Source: Lama glama (Eukaryota). From it: a stretch of DNA of 64,000 nt. The notes beneath the pieces are model-generated. The model searched no databases and was not told where the DNA came from. It saw only the letters and a list, made by a program, of their open reading frames with translations. The stretch's first letter is position 1. Every line of letters starts with the position of its first letter. The position numbers and the translations under genes are program-made. The stretch lies in assembly GCA_028534125.1 (NCBI GenBank), contig CM052817.1, forward strand, positions 56,546,001 to 56,610,000. Direction: 5' to 3'. This document shows, piece by piece, positions 13,690 through 27,284 of this stretch.

Positions 13690-15690
13690 CTTTATTATGA
13701 ATAATGCTGCTATGAAATCTGTGTTCAAGTTTTTGCATAAAAATACCTTTTCCTTTCTCTGGAGTACATACTTAGAAGTGAATATCCTGGTATGGGATTA
13801 ACATTTTGAAGAACTGCCAAGAATGTTCCAAAGTGGCCGAATCATTTTACATTCCCATGGGCAATGCAATTTCTTCAAATCCTCATCAACACTTGTTATT
13901 GTCTGACTTTTTCCTTTTCTTTCTTTTTTCTTTTTTCTTTTTAGCCATCTTAGTGAGGGTGAGTACTATGTCTTCATGATTTTGACCAGCATTTCCTTGT
14001 GATTAGTGATATTGAGCATCATCTCATGTGCTGTTGGCATATTTGTATACCTTTTTAGGAGGAACATCTATTCAAATCATTTGTCCATTTTTATTAGGTT
14101 ATTTACCTTTGTATTGTTGAGTTTTAAGAATTACTGATATTTACAGTTCGAGACCCTTATCAGACACATAATTTATTATTTTTTCCCTATTCTGTGGGTT
14201 GCCTTTTTCTTGATGGTATTAATGATGCAAAAGATTTTTAATTTTTGATAAAATCCAATTTATCCATTATTTTTCTTTAGGTCTTGAATATAGATGTGTA
14301 TAGTGTAAGCCCAATAGCTGGCTTTATTTTTTGTACTGCGAGTGCCTGGCCTGAGCTTTGATGGTTGAGGAATCCACTTCAAAGATGGGTATCTCACATT
14401 AAGTAAACACACTGCCAGCCACATGACTAGATAAAGATAGATAAAAAGCCAGGCCACCACCAAGCCTCCAACCTCCCGGCCTCCCCAGAACCTTTGCTTT
14501 CGAGACATTGGTTGACTTCTATAACTATTTGGACCCTTGTTTTTTCTCTTCCTTTGCTTTAAATCTCCATTCTTATGTTTTACATTCACCGATAAAGAGT
14601 GAGCCCTTGAAACCCTAGGCCCTCACCCTAGATCCCAATAAAAGCAGAACTCCAGGGGGTTCTCTTTTTCTTTCTCCCTTCTTCACCCCACCCTTACACC
14701 TAACCTCACTGTGTGGCCCCAGGTGTGCTAGGTAATTTCCAGAACCTGTCAATAATAACCATTGTCTCTTTAAAAGTTTCCTGATAGTTATTGCTAAGGG
14801 CATCTTGCAATCATAATAAGAACCACAAGTGTCAGTACAGCCACAATACTGGCTACTAATAGGCTGAGACTGGCACACAACAGTTTTTACTCACTTTAAG
14901 TTAATTTTTATATATGATGTAAGGAAGGGTACACTTTTATTCTTTTGTATGTCTTTCTGTTGTCCTAGCATCATTTGTTGAAAATAGCATTTTTCTCCAT
15001 TGAATGGTCTTTGAATCCTTGTCAAAAATCAGTTGACCATACACATAAAGGCTTATTTCTAGACCCTCAATTCTATTCCTTGAATTTATACCTCTATCCT
15101 TATGTCAGTACCATACTATCCTTGATTACAGTAGCTTTGTATTAAGTTTTTAAACCATGAAGTAAATCTTCTAACTGTTCTTTTACAAAATTGTTTTGGC
15201 TATTTTTCATCATAAAGTCCTTACAAATTTTAGAATCAACTTGTCAACTTCTACAAAGAAGATAGCTATGATTGTAACAGGGATATTAAATCTATAGATC
15301 ATAGTTTGGGGAATACTGTTATCTTAACAAGAAGTCTTCTAATCTATGAACAATATGTCTTTCCACTTAGTTAGGTCTACTTTAACTTCAATTAATAACA
15401 TTTCATACTTTCAGAGTACAAGTTTTGCACTTCTTTTGATAAATTTATTCCAAAGTATTATATTTCTTTTGATGATACTATAAATGAAATTGGTTTCTTA
15501 CCTTCATTCTTGCATTTTTGCTAATTACAAATGCATAGAAATACAATTTGTTTCTGTTTATTAATTTTGTATCCTGCAATCTTGCTGAATTTATTTATAA
15601 GTTCTAATAGTTTTACTAGTGGATTCCTTAGGATGTCTAAATAAAAGATGATGTCATCTGCAAATAGATATAGCTTGACTTTTCCCCATA
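13690..15690 (-). mobile_element. Old L1 ORF2 fragment (antisense), interrupted by an LTR at 14304-14879
   Basis: Antisense L1 motifs: 'aataatgctgctatgaa', 'cattttacattccc', 'catcatttgttgaaaa', 'gtatcctgcaatcttgctgaatt', 'atgtcatctgcaaatag' (RT FADD motif on the minus strand). Confidence 0.9.
14304..14879 (+). mobile_element. Solo LTR (ERVL class, MER74/MER54-like) inserted into L1
   Basis: TG...CA termini (tgtaagccc...ggcacaca), internal aataaaagc, imperfect flanking duplication atag/acag. The L1 sequence resumes on both sides. Confidence 0.65.
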
Positions 15691-15844
15691 CTTTATGTAA
15701 GAGAAGAATTTTGGAAGTCTTATGCTGTCATTTCAGAAGTGCTTATCCAACTTGGTTTTGAATGAAATTGTGACTTTACATATGATATAAAATAAAAAAA
15801 AACCAATAATAATGAGAACTGAGCTTTAAAATAACAGTAAATAG

Positions 15845-16882
15845 AATAAATAATCCTAAAATTTACATGGAATCACAAAAGACCTAGTACTGCTAAAGCA
15901 ATATTGAAGAAAATGAAAGAAGCTGGAGGCATAACTCTCCCAGACTTCAGACAATACTACAAAGCCACAGTAATCAAAACAGCATGGTATTGGCACACAA
16001 ACACACATATGGAGCCATGGAACAGAATAAAGAGCCCAGAAATAAACCTACAAACTTTTGGTCAATTAATCCTTGACAAAGGAGGCAAGAACAGACAATG
16101 GAGTAAAGACAGCCTCTTCAGCAAGTGGTGTTGGGAAAACTGGACAGCTGCATGTGAATCAATGAAGTTAGAATACTCCCTCACACCATACACAAAAGTA
16201 AACTCAAAATGGCTGAAAGACTTAAACATAAGACAAGACACTATAAATCTCCTAGAAGAGAACACAAACAAAACATTCTCTGACATAAATCGCTGCAATG
16301 TTTTCTTACGTCAGTCTCCCAAGGCAATGGAAATAAAACCAAAAATAAACAAATGGGACTTAATTAAACTTATAAACACTTGCACAGCAAACAAAACCAT
16401 AAACAAAAAGAAAAGAGAACATACAGAATGGGAGAAAATATTTGAAAATGATATGACTGACAAGGGCTTAACTTCCAGAATATACAAACAGCTCATTCAA
16501 TTCAATAATTAAAAAAAACAAAAACCCACCCAATCAAAAAGTAGAAAGAAGACCTGAACAGACATTTTTTTTCAATGAAGACATACAGATAGCCAACAGG
16601 TACATAAAAAATGCTCAGTATTGCTAATTATCAGAGAAATGAAAATCAAAACTACAATGAGGTATCACTTCACACCAGTCAGAATGGCCATTATTGAAAG
16701 TCCACAAACAGTAAATGCTGGAGAGAGTGTGGAGAAAAGGTAATCCTCCCATTGTTGGAGGGAATGTAATTTGGTGCAGCCACTATGGAAAATAATATGG
16801 AGATTGCTTAAAAAACTAAAAATAGAATTGCTAAATGATCCAGCAGTTGTCCAGAGAAAACTCTAATTGGAGAGGATACATG
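15845..16882 (+). mobile_element. Younger L1 ORF2 C-terminal fragment (pseudogenic), truncated at both ends
   Basis: ORF 15904-16512 translates to clear L1 ORF2 ([25 protein letters not shown]...[11 protein letters not shown]...KWDLIKL). A remnant of the Cys-rich domain (KCWRECGEK) lies at ~16713-16740. Homology stops abruptly at 'gatacatg'. Confidence 0.95.
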
Positions 16883-17539
16883 TAAAGTGTAAGGAACTCA
16901 AAATGAGCAAAGGAGGGTCCTCAGAGTTTGATTATTCCATCATGGAACAATTTCATTGATATTTAAAGATAAGTAATTGGAGAAATGTATTAGAAATACA
17001 CAGTTTTATTAAAATTTGACTCACTCCCTAAATTACACCTACTCTGACTTTCTCGTAATTTTCTGACTGCAAAAAAACTGAAATACAATAGCAAAAATGA
17101 ACAAATTTAAGCTACTGGTCTTGTTAATAGAACAACCCCCACAATTCTACATCTAGCAAGCTACTGTAGATGTTCGTGTTTTATATTAGTAATTATAGTA
17201 TAATTAATGTTAATTCTAAAGCATATTACGCTGAAAATAGTACTGGCAACTTATGTCATTGTTACATGGGAGAAGAATTCTGCTAATTATTTAATTATTC
17301 ACTGAATACAAAAAGTAAAGGTTAGGACTCAAAAGCTCCAAGTCTTAGAATCTTTTAGAAAATCTTATCCACTTTTGAATTAACCTATGAAAGCTTTAGT
17401 GGTGTCATCATGCTAAAGGACAAATGCATATAGGCAGTGGTTAATTTAGCCTCTCAAACATTATTTATGACTTAAAAAGTCCTAAGACATATGTAAATTG
17501 AGATATCAAACTCTAGGCATCATTAATATAGTAGATACT

Positions 17540-17980
17540 AGTGGGATCCCACCCAGATCCCCTTACTGGGGCTGGAATAGGCATTCCTCATCTGCTGGGT
17601 GCTGGGTGCTTATGGTGCATAGCTGCTCCTTTTACAGAGAATTCCAGTTGGCTGAACAGAAGCCACGTTGCCCTATGCAGGAAGCACATTGCTCCTCATT
17701 CCCATTCTCCACTTGTAGCTGGGGTTCCAGTAGACTGGCCATGATGGACACAGAGATAAAATGGCTGCTCCTTATGCCTCCAGAAGTGACTCTCAGGTGC
17801 AACTGGTGCTCCAGAGCTCCTAAGCAATCAGGTTCACATTAAACTCACATTCTTGCTTGCAGTCTTCCCCTCATCTTATTCTGTTTAACTTCAGTTGCTT
17901 TCTCCTGAAGGACATCCTCAATCACTTACATCTGAATCCCATCTCAGGCTTCCTTTTAGGGAATCAGACCTGATACAATT
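17540..17980 (+). mobile_element. LTR16/LTR33-like ERVL LTR
   Basis: 'ccacccagatccccttactgg...' start and 'aatcccatctcaggcttccttttagggaatcagacctgataca' end. Confidence 0.65.
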
Positions 17981-18239
17981 CATATCCCATACAATGGATG
18001 GTGATGGAAGAGATCTTATATTTTTGAGCACCTACAATGTCCTACTCTGTACAAGTCATACTGTTATTCTCATTTTATGTTGAAGAAAACCATCAGAATA
18101 TCCACTGATTCATATGATTTATAAGAAAATCTTCAAAACACCAAATTCGTAAAAGTCCATGATACAAAATACACTTTTAAATCTTTGTTTATGATGAGTG
18201 ATACCCAATTCACCCAGCAAAGCAAACAGGGAACAAATA

Positions 18240-18400
18240 AATAGTGTTGCAGCACAGAGGTTAAGAGACATGTTCTGCAGTCAAACTGCCAAGCTGTCAA
18301 CCGTGGCCCTGTCAGTTACTAGCCTTGTTACTGCAAAAGTGAATTAACTTTTTGGTGCTTTAGTTTTCACATTTGTAAAAGAGGGATAATTATTGTGTTT
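18240..18400 (+). mobile_element. MIR SINE
   Basis: 'gcagcacagaggttaagag...agttactagcc...ttagttttcacatttgtaaaagagggataat'. Confidence 0.7.
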
Positions 18401-19239
18401 TCTTTAGTTTTATTTTCAGAATTCATGAATCCATAAATGAGTCTATGAAACTGATGACTTTTTGGAAAAATGTCACAAATCTGCTATAGCTGGAGGGAAA
18501 AAAGGTAGAATTTTTTTTTCAAACATCAGAAGAATTATATATTTGGTAACTGATGATGTCTTTGATAGTGAATTCTCTACCCTAAAAGCTATATGGTATT
18601 TATTTCAATTATTTTGCTAAATAAAGACAGAAAGCTCTAAAATTTCCTTTCTGCATATCTAAAACCATTTTTATGTTCTCAATAATATGGAGGCTTTACA
18701 CTATTAATTCACAGTTATTTAAAACAAGCATTGTTTTTTCTTTTTTACTTCCTGAATATCTGGGAAAAGATCTGAGACCAAAAATAACAAGAAAATGAAA
18801 ACAGCAATTTGGTTCACAGAAAACCAGTGCCCTAGGAGCCTTAGTTACTTGTGAAATCTGATCCTATTAAATGAGAAAGAAACAAAAGGTGACTGCACCA
18901 AAGAGAGATCACCAACATTTAGTTTAAACCACTGTTGGTCAAAATATTTCAATAAATAAAAATAATTTAGTTTTCCTTCAGGAAAAATTCCCTACATTAT
19001 ATCCTCTCCTTAATTGCTTTTAATAACATCTTGAGAAGAAAAAGTTTTATCTTCCTCTACTTTTCACTCAAAACTATCTGAATACAAGGGGATGTTAAGT
19101 TTGAGCAAAAACATAAAGCTCAAGTGAGGAAGTTCCTGGATTACTATCTTCCTGGGAAGTATTGCATATTAATTGTACGCAACAGCAATTTTTAAAAATT
19201 GATGGCTGTCATGCTTCTAGAAATTAGATTTGTTTCTTT

Positions 19240-20950
19240 CATTCATTACTTAATTAAGTACTTAGTTAATTACTTCATTCAGCCACACTGTCACAAAGGT
19301 AGCAAGTATTGACAGAGAATCAGCTCCATGTACGGCAACTTCCCTAGGTATTGGTACAGCGGCAGACAAAGCTCTTGTCTCTTGGAGCTTACATCCCTAG
19401 TGTGGGAAATTTATATTAAACTAATAAATGATCAAACAGGATAATTACAGTTTGTGATTACTTTTATGAAGGAAATGAACTGTGTTTTGGTTTAGAAGTA
19501 ACTAGAAGGTTTGGGCAGTTCTCGAAGTCTGCTTTGAAGAACTGAAGTTTGAAGATTAAAAACAAGCCAGTGAGAAAGAGTTGAGAGAATAGTTTTCAAG
19601 GCAGAAGGAAGAGCAAGTGCAAAGCCTGTGAATTAGGAAAGATGTGGAGTGTTCAAGGAGGTGACAGAAGATCATCATTGCTCACGCAGCACAGTGAGTA
19701 AGCGGCAATACATGAAGCTGGAAAGGAATAGAGAATTTAGGTCATGCAGGTTCATGTAGTCTGGGGAGGGATTTTAATTTTATTAAAAGAGCAGTTGGCA
19801 GCCACTGAGGTTTTAAGTAGGGAGTGACATGGTTTAACTTAAAAATTACATTTAAAAACTAACTCTGTTATGTCTCAAATGGATTCGAAAATAGTAAGAA
19901 TAAAATCAGGAAGATAAGTACGAGGCTGGCAAAGAAATCCAGGCAAAAGATGGCAGCTTGGAAGAAGCGTGGAAGCCGTAGAGAGAAGTGGACAGGTGTG
20001 GGATAGTTTGGCAGCTAAACTGAAACTTTTGTTATCTTTGGAACGTGGGTGGGAAAATGAGCTAAAGAGAAGAATTAACCAGATTTTCAACTTAAGAATT
20101 GATGAAGTAATGAAGTAATGAAGCCACTTCTGAAATGGGGAAGTCTAGGGGAGATAAAGGGATGGAGAGGAAGGAATAGTGAGTCCCATTCTGATCATAC
20201 TAAGTTTGAGATGGTTCCACCTGACATTCAACTGGAGATATCAGGTAGGCATTTGGAAATAAAAATGTGACTATCAGGAGATAATTCCTGACTGAAGATA
20301 CAGAATTGCGATACATCAGCATGTAGATGGATTTTCAAGTTTTGACATAGGACAAGTTCATATAAGAAAAGGAGTATAAATAAACACAAAAGAAGCCAAG
20401 TGTAGAGAGTGGTTCAAGGAGAAGTGGCTTGAATGTTCTTAGATTAACTAACTCCAGTTAGAGAAGGATGGGGAGATGTTCATTAAATTTGGAAAATAGA
20501 GAGGTCCACTATTCTCTGAAAGGAGCAGACTCAGAGAAATACAGAGATGAAAACCAAAAAGGGATGGATTAAGAACAGAAAGGAACTGAAGAATAGAGAC
20601 AAATCTATGCAAATAACATACTTGAACAATTTTGCTGAGAAGGGATGAAGAGAAATAGTCTTGTGACTGAAGGGAAACATAGAGTAAATTAATGATTTTT
20701 AGGATGGGAAATCTTGATATATATTATATGTTGATAGAAATGAAAGAGTAACTATAGAGAGACTATTGATTCTGGAGAAAAATATTGGAAATTATAAAGG
20801 AGCACAGTCTTTGAAAAGAAGACCATGGACGCATAAGAAACAGATTTAGATTTAACCCGAACAGGGTAATTTCTTCCATTTGACAGAAAAGAACACAGAA
20901 AATGAGTGGAGGCAGAGGTTTTGGCTTCAGATTTGACTAACGGAGATGAG
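19240..20950 (-). mobile_element. Long L2 fragment
   Basis: Starts at the L2 tail (ttcattc), then 'ggagcttacatccctag', 'ggcagaaggaagagcaagtgcaaag', 'gcagccactgaggttttaagtagggagtgacatg', 'taagtttgagatg...tggagatatcaggtaggca'. Confidence 0.8.
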
Positions 20951-21459
20951 GAAGGTCACCTCTGATGGCTGGAAGTCATAAAATTTAGAATGAGGAAATC
21001 GTTAATAAGTGAAGATGTTTTTCTGGAGGAGTAAGCTGGTGTTTGTTAGAGAATGAGACTGTAGTGGTGATAAAATGACAGGAAAAGTTAGTGGCCCAGC
21101 TAAGTGTTAAATGCTTATAACTGGCTTTATTACGTCATTCCTAGTATTTGTCAAAAGGGGCAACTCTAAAGATAATGTGAAAAAAAGAACTAGAAATATT
21201 TCAAGGACACAGAGTAGCAAATGAAGACTTTGGGGCTTCTTTTGAAAGGTCTAAAGTTTTAATTTGTTATGATGCACTAACTCAATTTTCTTTTTGTTTT
21301 AACTGAGAAAGCACTTTTCTTCAAAATCTCCATAAAATCCCCTTTTAAAAATTTAAAATTTAGTCTACCAACTAAACCCTTTATTGCAAATATCCCTTTC
21401 TGCTTGAAGACTTACAAGAAATTAAAAAAATAATTATTTGACCAGTATGTCAGTTCCAC

Positions 21460-22258
21460 TGTATTTATGCAAATAAGATAACATTTGTTTTTAAATTTCT
21501 GTAAAATGTAATACATAGTCAGGAAAATGCTAACATGTAACTGTATAACTTGATGAATTATTGTACTATGGACACCTGTATAGCCAACATTTGGGCAAGA
21601 GAAAAAAAATACTGCCAAGCCCCCAGATGCCTCTTCCTGGAGACAACACCCTTCCTCCCTCCCAGAGTTAATCTGACTTCACGGTTTTATTCCTTAATGG
21701 TATATTCCTAAGCTGTGTGGTTTTGTTTTGCCTGTTTTGAACTTTATATGAATGGAATGATTTATGATTCTTTTATATCTAGATTATTTTGCTCAAAACT
21801 ATGTTTTTAATACTCTTCCATGCTGGTTTTGTGTATCTATCGTTAACTTAATTCCATAGCTGTGTGGTATTCTAATTTATAAATACATTTTATTTTATTT
21901 AACCTTTCTACCAGAATACAAGGCATTTCCAGTTGGAGCTATTACAGAAAAAAGATGCTGTAAACATTCTTATACACACATTCTGATGAAATTGAGCAGT
22001 CATTTTGGTAGTGTGTAAACTTAGTGAAACTGCTAGCTCAAAGGGTATAAATATCTCTAACTTTAGTAGATCTCATGAGACTGATTTCAAACTAATTGAC
22101 TTACATTTCCACCAGGATTTTTCTCAGAATTCCTTTTGTCCAACATGCGATATTCTTGTCAACATTTGGTAATATCTAACTTTTTCATTTTAACCAAATC
22201 TGTTGTGTATATAAGAGTATCTCATTTTACAGCTTGTATTTCCCTCATTACTTCTGAA
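21460..22258 (-). mobile_element. Old L1M 3'-end fragment
   Basis: 'gttttgcctgtttttgaactttatatgaatggaat', 'tttccagttggagctattaca', 'ttacatttccaccag'. Confidence 0.8.
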
Positions 22259-22279
22259 GTGGGTGTGTGGGGTCGGGGA

Positions 22280-22418
22280 AGAGAGGGAGGATCGGTAATG
22301 GTGCCTGAGTGGTAGAGGACAGAGATGCTGCTACACATCCTGTAATGCACAGGATCACCCCACAACAACTATCTGGTCCCAGATGTCAACAGCACTGAAG
22401 CTGAAAAAAATATGACCT
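22280..22418 (+). mobile_element. MER20 (hAT-Charlie) 3' fragment
   Basis: 'gatgctgctacacatcctgtaatgcacaggatcaccccacaacaactatctggtcccagatgtcaacagcactgaagctgaaaaa' matches the MER20 end. Confidence 0.8.
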
Positions 22419-25400
22419 AGAGGACATCCTGAAATTTCAGAACTATGAGAATTTGACCCTAAAATTTCTAAGCTCTTAGAAGCTGTACACATGGATGACA
22501 TTGAGTTTGTGCTATTTCAGTTTAGAAAGAAAATTCATTGATCAAAGAAAGTGAAACATCAGAACTGGCAGGAATTTTAGAAATCATCTAAACCATCCTT
22601 ATTTGATGGTTGAGGAAACATGAAGCTTAAAATGATTAAGTTATTTGCCCACTTAGATATCTGCTTCCTTCCTTATGATAATGCCTTCCATTTCTAGAGC
22701 TATGTTAGCATCTTGTGTCACCGCAGTTCAATTTACTAGAAGGCTTTCTGTTTCAGGGAAAAAAAAAAGATTGCTTCCTTTCTACATAATAGAAATCTCA
22801 TTGGAATTCAAGACAAAATAAATACTTAGTTGGTCATCAGTAAATGTTGCCTGATAGTTATGAAAGTGAACCATCACCACTGAGTAAAACAAATCCCTTT
22901 ATATTCTTATTCATCAGATTTGCAGTGAAGTGTAAAAAGCAGGCTAAAATAAACTTTGACCTCAGAAGTCAATTACACACACATGGATAATCAGGCTTCA
23001 TTTTATGACTACCAAAAAGCATTAACTCTCAGTTTAAATTTAATCACCTTTGCTCATTTTCAATATTCTCAAAAGGGCTTCAAATTGTATTTCTAAGGAC
23101 TGACTAGATAACTAGTATATAAACTAGTTTAATATTTATTAGAAATATAAAGAAAAGCAATATCAAAAATGTCTATCCTTGAAACATTTCTACGTAATTC
23201 CCAATAACCTCAAATGGAAACCTTTAGGGGAAGAAGTTCCCCATCATTCAGTGGATCTCAGGTTTTTAGAAGTTTTCTGCTTCTGGAAAGTCCATCCCCA
23301 TTAATGACTTTTATGTAGTAATTGAAACTCCCATTAAAACTCAAGAAAGTTCCATTTGATCCTCGATAAAACACATTTTTCCATTCTGACCTTGTTTGGG
23401 GAAACTTTTCAGTAAAGCTTGACTGAATCATAAGCTCCTGACCCAACTTAGAGATGCCCTTGAGTCCAGATACTTGGAGGAAACCTTTTATACAGCTCTA
23501 TGTCCTGTAAGTGTTATATTATTTTCTAAATGGGGGGGGAAAGCAATGTGACCTCCAAAATATTTTCTTAATGGCTAAATCAAAATTACATACATTTGAA
23601 ATGAGCTAACCTATATTTGTCTCATTTTTCCACATGACCCTGGCCCTAAATGCAGAAGTCTATTTGAAAGTGATTATCTAGTTTAAATTTATACTGACTA
23701 TAACCCACCCTAAGGGTTTGTTCATTTTAATCAGTGTGATCAGTAGCCTTCTCTTGCTGTCTGCCCGGAGAGCAGCTTGCAGTTATTACTTCCACCACTG
23801 AGATCTGACACTGTATATCGTCTAAATGGGACAGATGGAGCCTGTCTAAGGTTGTGTTTCATCAGCCGTATCTTTGGCAAGCCTCCCACAGACATAAGAG
23901 TAAGGCAGAAGGTTGTCCGATCTGCTATTTATAAAAAATGATTTAATATTAAGTTACAAATTCTATTGACACAATTACAGGAAAGAAATGAATAGTGTCA
24001 TATTCAGTAATATGGAAGTTTCTCTGACATCATAAAACCATCATCAACCACTTTATCCAAGCATCAGCATCTCACAAGCAAAAAAATATGAGAGTGAGAC
24101 CCTCAATCCTATTAAGTAAGAAAGCATTTGAGAAGGTAACCAGGGTAGTGTTTTTTCTGGACTTCTTTCTTGAAAGAGCAAGTCAGGCTTGAAAATGATG
24201 ACTTCACTGCAGATGAGGCAACTTTCAGTGAGTAGAGTCACTGGTTCCTGAGTATTAAATCTCACAGACCGACTGAAAGCTAGAGATGAATAGTGACAAT
24301 GGCCATACTAGACTATAGAGATGTTTTATTAGGTCAAGTTCTCTGCTCCTAATTTTTCATGGAAGGATGTGTTTTCAACTTCACTGTGAAAATTAAAAGG
24401 CCAGAGGAATTTTCAGACAAAGATTAAGTTACTAAGAACGTTGTGCAAAGCAATTCATACTGGTATAGAAAGGATATAAAAGCTAACTTCAGTCCTCTGA
24501 AGGTCTTCCACTGTTTTGCATTTGAAGACACCTGCATATAAGAAATCACTCTGTGTATCACCTCTCATCCCCAGTTTATTGTAGATGCCACTGCATATAT
24601 ACACTTCTTCATTTTCAAAAATCCCATGTTATTAATTTGCTGCATCACTCAATTAGGCACTTAACTCAGGTTCTGTTTAGTGTAGTCCTGGAGTTTTTCA
24701 GGAGTGTATCATTTCTCTCTCTAAAGAGTAATAAATTCCTTTAAGGTAAATACTCTGTTTAATACTATGTGATCTCCTCTATAGCACCAAGGAGAGAAAT
24801 AAGCACAGTAGTAGCTATTCAAAACATACCAGTAAAACCAATGAAAACTGAGTGATTGAATTACTTGAGTAGTGCTTAAGTAAATGTTCAAAACACAACA
24901 TATTAATATATTTTAGTCTTACTAGTTAAAATAAAAAATCAGGATGTAGAAAAGTTCTTATTTCTGCCACATTCTCTTTTATTTTTCCTTTCTGTTTACT
25001 TCATTATATTGAGAAGAAAAGCCGAAAGAGTTCAAAAAAGAAGAGTAGGTGAGATCAAACAAAATTAGAAAACAGTATTAGGGTGTGACAAATACAAAAG
25101 TAATGTGTACAGCAGGCACAAGAGTGAGACAAAAGACACAATAATCAATTTTCTTAGATGAATCAGAGAGGAAATACTTGATCTGGGTCTTGGGGCATCG
25201 GTAGCAATTCAACCATTAAGAAAGAATCGAAATGTGTTAACTCTTTCTGACTCTACATATTACAATAGATATTAAGATAGGGAAGGCATTAATGATTACT
25301 AGAAATTAATAATAATTTTTAAGAATCAGACATTAACTGAACTGAGAAGGAAATGTAGAAATTAAGTGTAGAGGTAGAAAGTAGACATGGCTCTAGTATA

Positions 25401-26997
25401 AGAAGCTTGATTATAAATGATGAGGTTAGTTGTGGCTACTGTTCATAAAGTAAAGAAAGGCAACTCAGAAGAGCATGCACAGCACTACCTAATATCCTGA
25501 CTCCAAGTCACAGCTCTCATCAAACAATCGTGAGTCCCCAGATACTATACCCTTGATATATTCATTTAATTGTTACACTTTTTGATCTGGCAATCCTCAT
25601 TTCACACAGATGGAATCAATGAAAATATTTTACTAAAAGTGTGTCTGCAGTATTTATTGAGTTCAGCAAGACATAATCTACTGAAAAATTCAAAGTCAAA
25701 CAGATAAAATAGTTTATCAATATGCCAATATCTGCTGAAAGAATTTATCTCAAATACTGGGTCATATCATGCAAAGAACAACTTTCAGAAACATTTACTC
25801 AATAAGGAAGCACCTAAGAAGCTTAAATTGGAATCCATTTCTAGACAAACATAGTTGAGCTTATGTGACCTGCAATGAATCAGCAATAGTAGTTTATATA
25901 TATATATAAACTCCACAAAAGATTTATTGGCATAATCTCCTATGGTACATCTGGTGCCTTTAGATAGCTAATAGAACCGATTTACCAGGAATGACATGTC
26001 AAAGCCGTAAGAGAAAATGACTCCTGCCAGATGCCACCTATAATCACTTTCTGCTGGTTCTAATATCTGTCTCTCTCTCTCTCTGGATGGCCTCAATCCA
26101 TTCTGGCAGACACAACACAGAGAACAATATCAGCAGACATTAGAAATGAATGGGAAGTGTAAGTGAAAATACTGCGATGGGGGTAGGTCACACTGCAAAC
26201 TCAGTACACAGAGACTTAAAAGCAGTAACTGCTTGGTTCCATTTTATTTAAATGGCATCCAAACGGTTTAAAGTATTTCATAATAAGAATGACTTTATAA
26301 TAAGAAACTTGTTAATCCCACATGCAGGCTTAGAGTTTGTGGACTTCAGAGCTAAGGAGCACTCTGTCCTCGGCTTTTATCACTCTTATTCCTTTATTAT
26401 TACAAGCAGTGACTGCATTCCATACCTACTGTGTGTCTACCATTCTGCTGGCAAATGTAAGACGTACACCGATAAGGATACTGACCCCCTGGAGCTTGAC
26501 TTAAATCACTACAAATGAACCCACAGAGATGGGAGAACACCCGTTGTCTTCAGTCACAGGAAATAGTTTGTGGGAAAAGTTCAAGTTGTGTACACAACTA
26601 CAGTGGGAATGCCCTGACCAAGCCTTCATTTTGTGGTAACTATTCGATTTTCTTCAAGTGCTCTAATTTTTTACTTCCCTTCCTATTTTCTTAAAATACT
26701 CTGAAAAACTCTTGAAATATTGCCATCAGCAATGAGTACTGGTTCTCAAAATTAAAAGGACAGTAAATCCAGAGCTTTGAGATGTATCTGTATTTGAGTT
26801 TGTTGTCTTAATCATGATGTCACTGCCTTCCTCCAAACATTGTTTCTCATATTTATTTTTTGACAACTACCCTGATAAAAGTCATTAGAGTATAAGCTCC
26901 AAGTGTAATATTTTGAAGGAATGTATTAAGCAAAATATAATTAAACCCTAAAGGAAAAAATCTTTTACATTTATGACAAGGGCTCTATTTTTTATAC

Positions 26998-27003
26998 TTT
27001 ATT
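26998..27003 (-). promoter_or_regulatory. Candidate polyadenylation signal AATAAA of the minus-strand transcript
   Basis: tttatt on the + strand, ~185 nt downstream of the candidate stop codons; a U-rich tract follows on the minus strand. Confidence 0.5.
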
Positions 27004-27186
27004 CATTCATCAGCCCCCAATCTTATCAATGTGCACTGGAAGATTGGCTCATGGGATAAGACACACTATTTCAGTCCAGTGTTGTTCGGCATCTAGCTCA
27101 CACTTGGCAATCCACGGGCACCAACTGGTTTACCTTAATAAGCCTTAAAAAAAATTAAGACATCATTTGAACTTCACTGAGTTAAA

Positions 27187-27284
27187 CTATATTCTTTTCA
27201 GATTCAGTTGCAGCAATGCTGGCACCTGTTGACTGATGGGATGTTCTCTTTTCAACAGAAATCTCAAGTTGGACATTGTTTTGC
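27187..27284 (-). CDS. Candidate terminal coding exon of an unidentified gene: (G)KTMSNLRFLLKREHPISQQVPALLQLNLKRI*; alternative frame QNNVQLEISVEKRTSHQSTGASIAATESEKNIV* ends at 27182
   Basis: Acceptor 'aaatctttattttcag|G' at 27285/27284, non-repeat sequence, phase-compatible with exon 38601-38674, downstream AATAAA. Confidence 0.5.

Noticed and set aside
15904..16512. 202-aa ORF as a host gene
   Set aside because: It is a fragment of L1 ORF2 with downstream frameshifts.
13690..16882. Opposite-strand L1 pair as a twin-priming 5' inversion
   Set aside because: The two pieces overlap in L1 coordinates, differ in age and are separated by ~150 bp, so they are independent insertions.
22261..22288. 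Canonical G-quadruplex pattern
   Set aside because: An isolated motif at an L1/MER20 junction with no promoter context.
25891..25912. Perfect 22-bp palindrome agtttatatatatatataaact
   Set aside because: Mostly a (TA)n core; expected by chance in AT-rich DNA. The same applies to the palindromes at ~19247-19260 and ~47222-47245.
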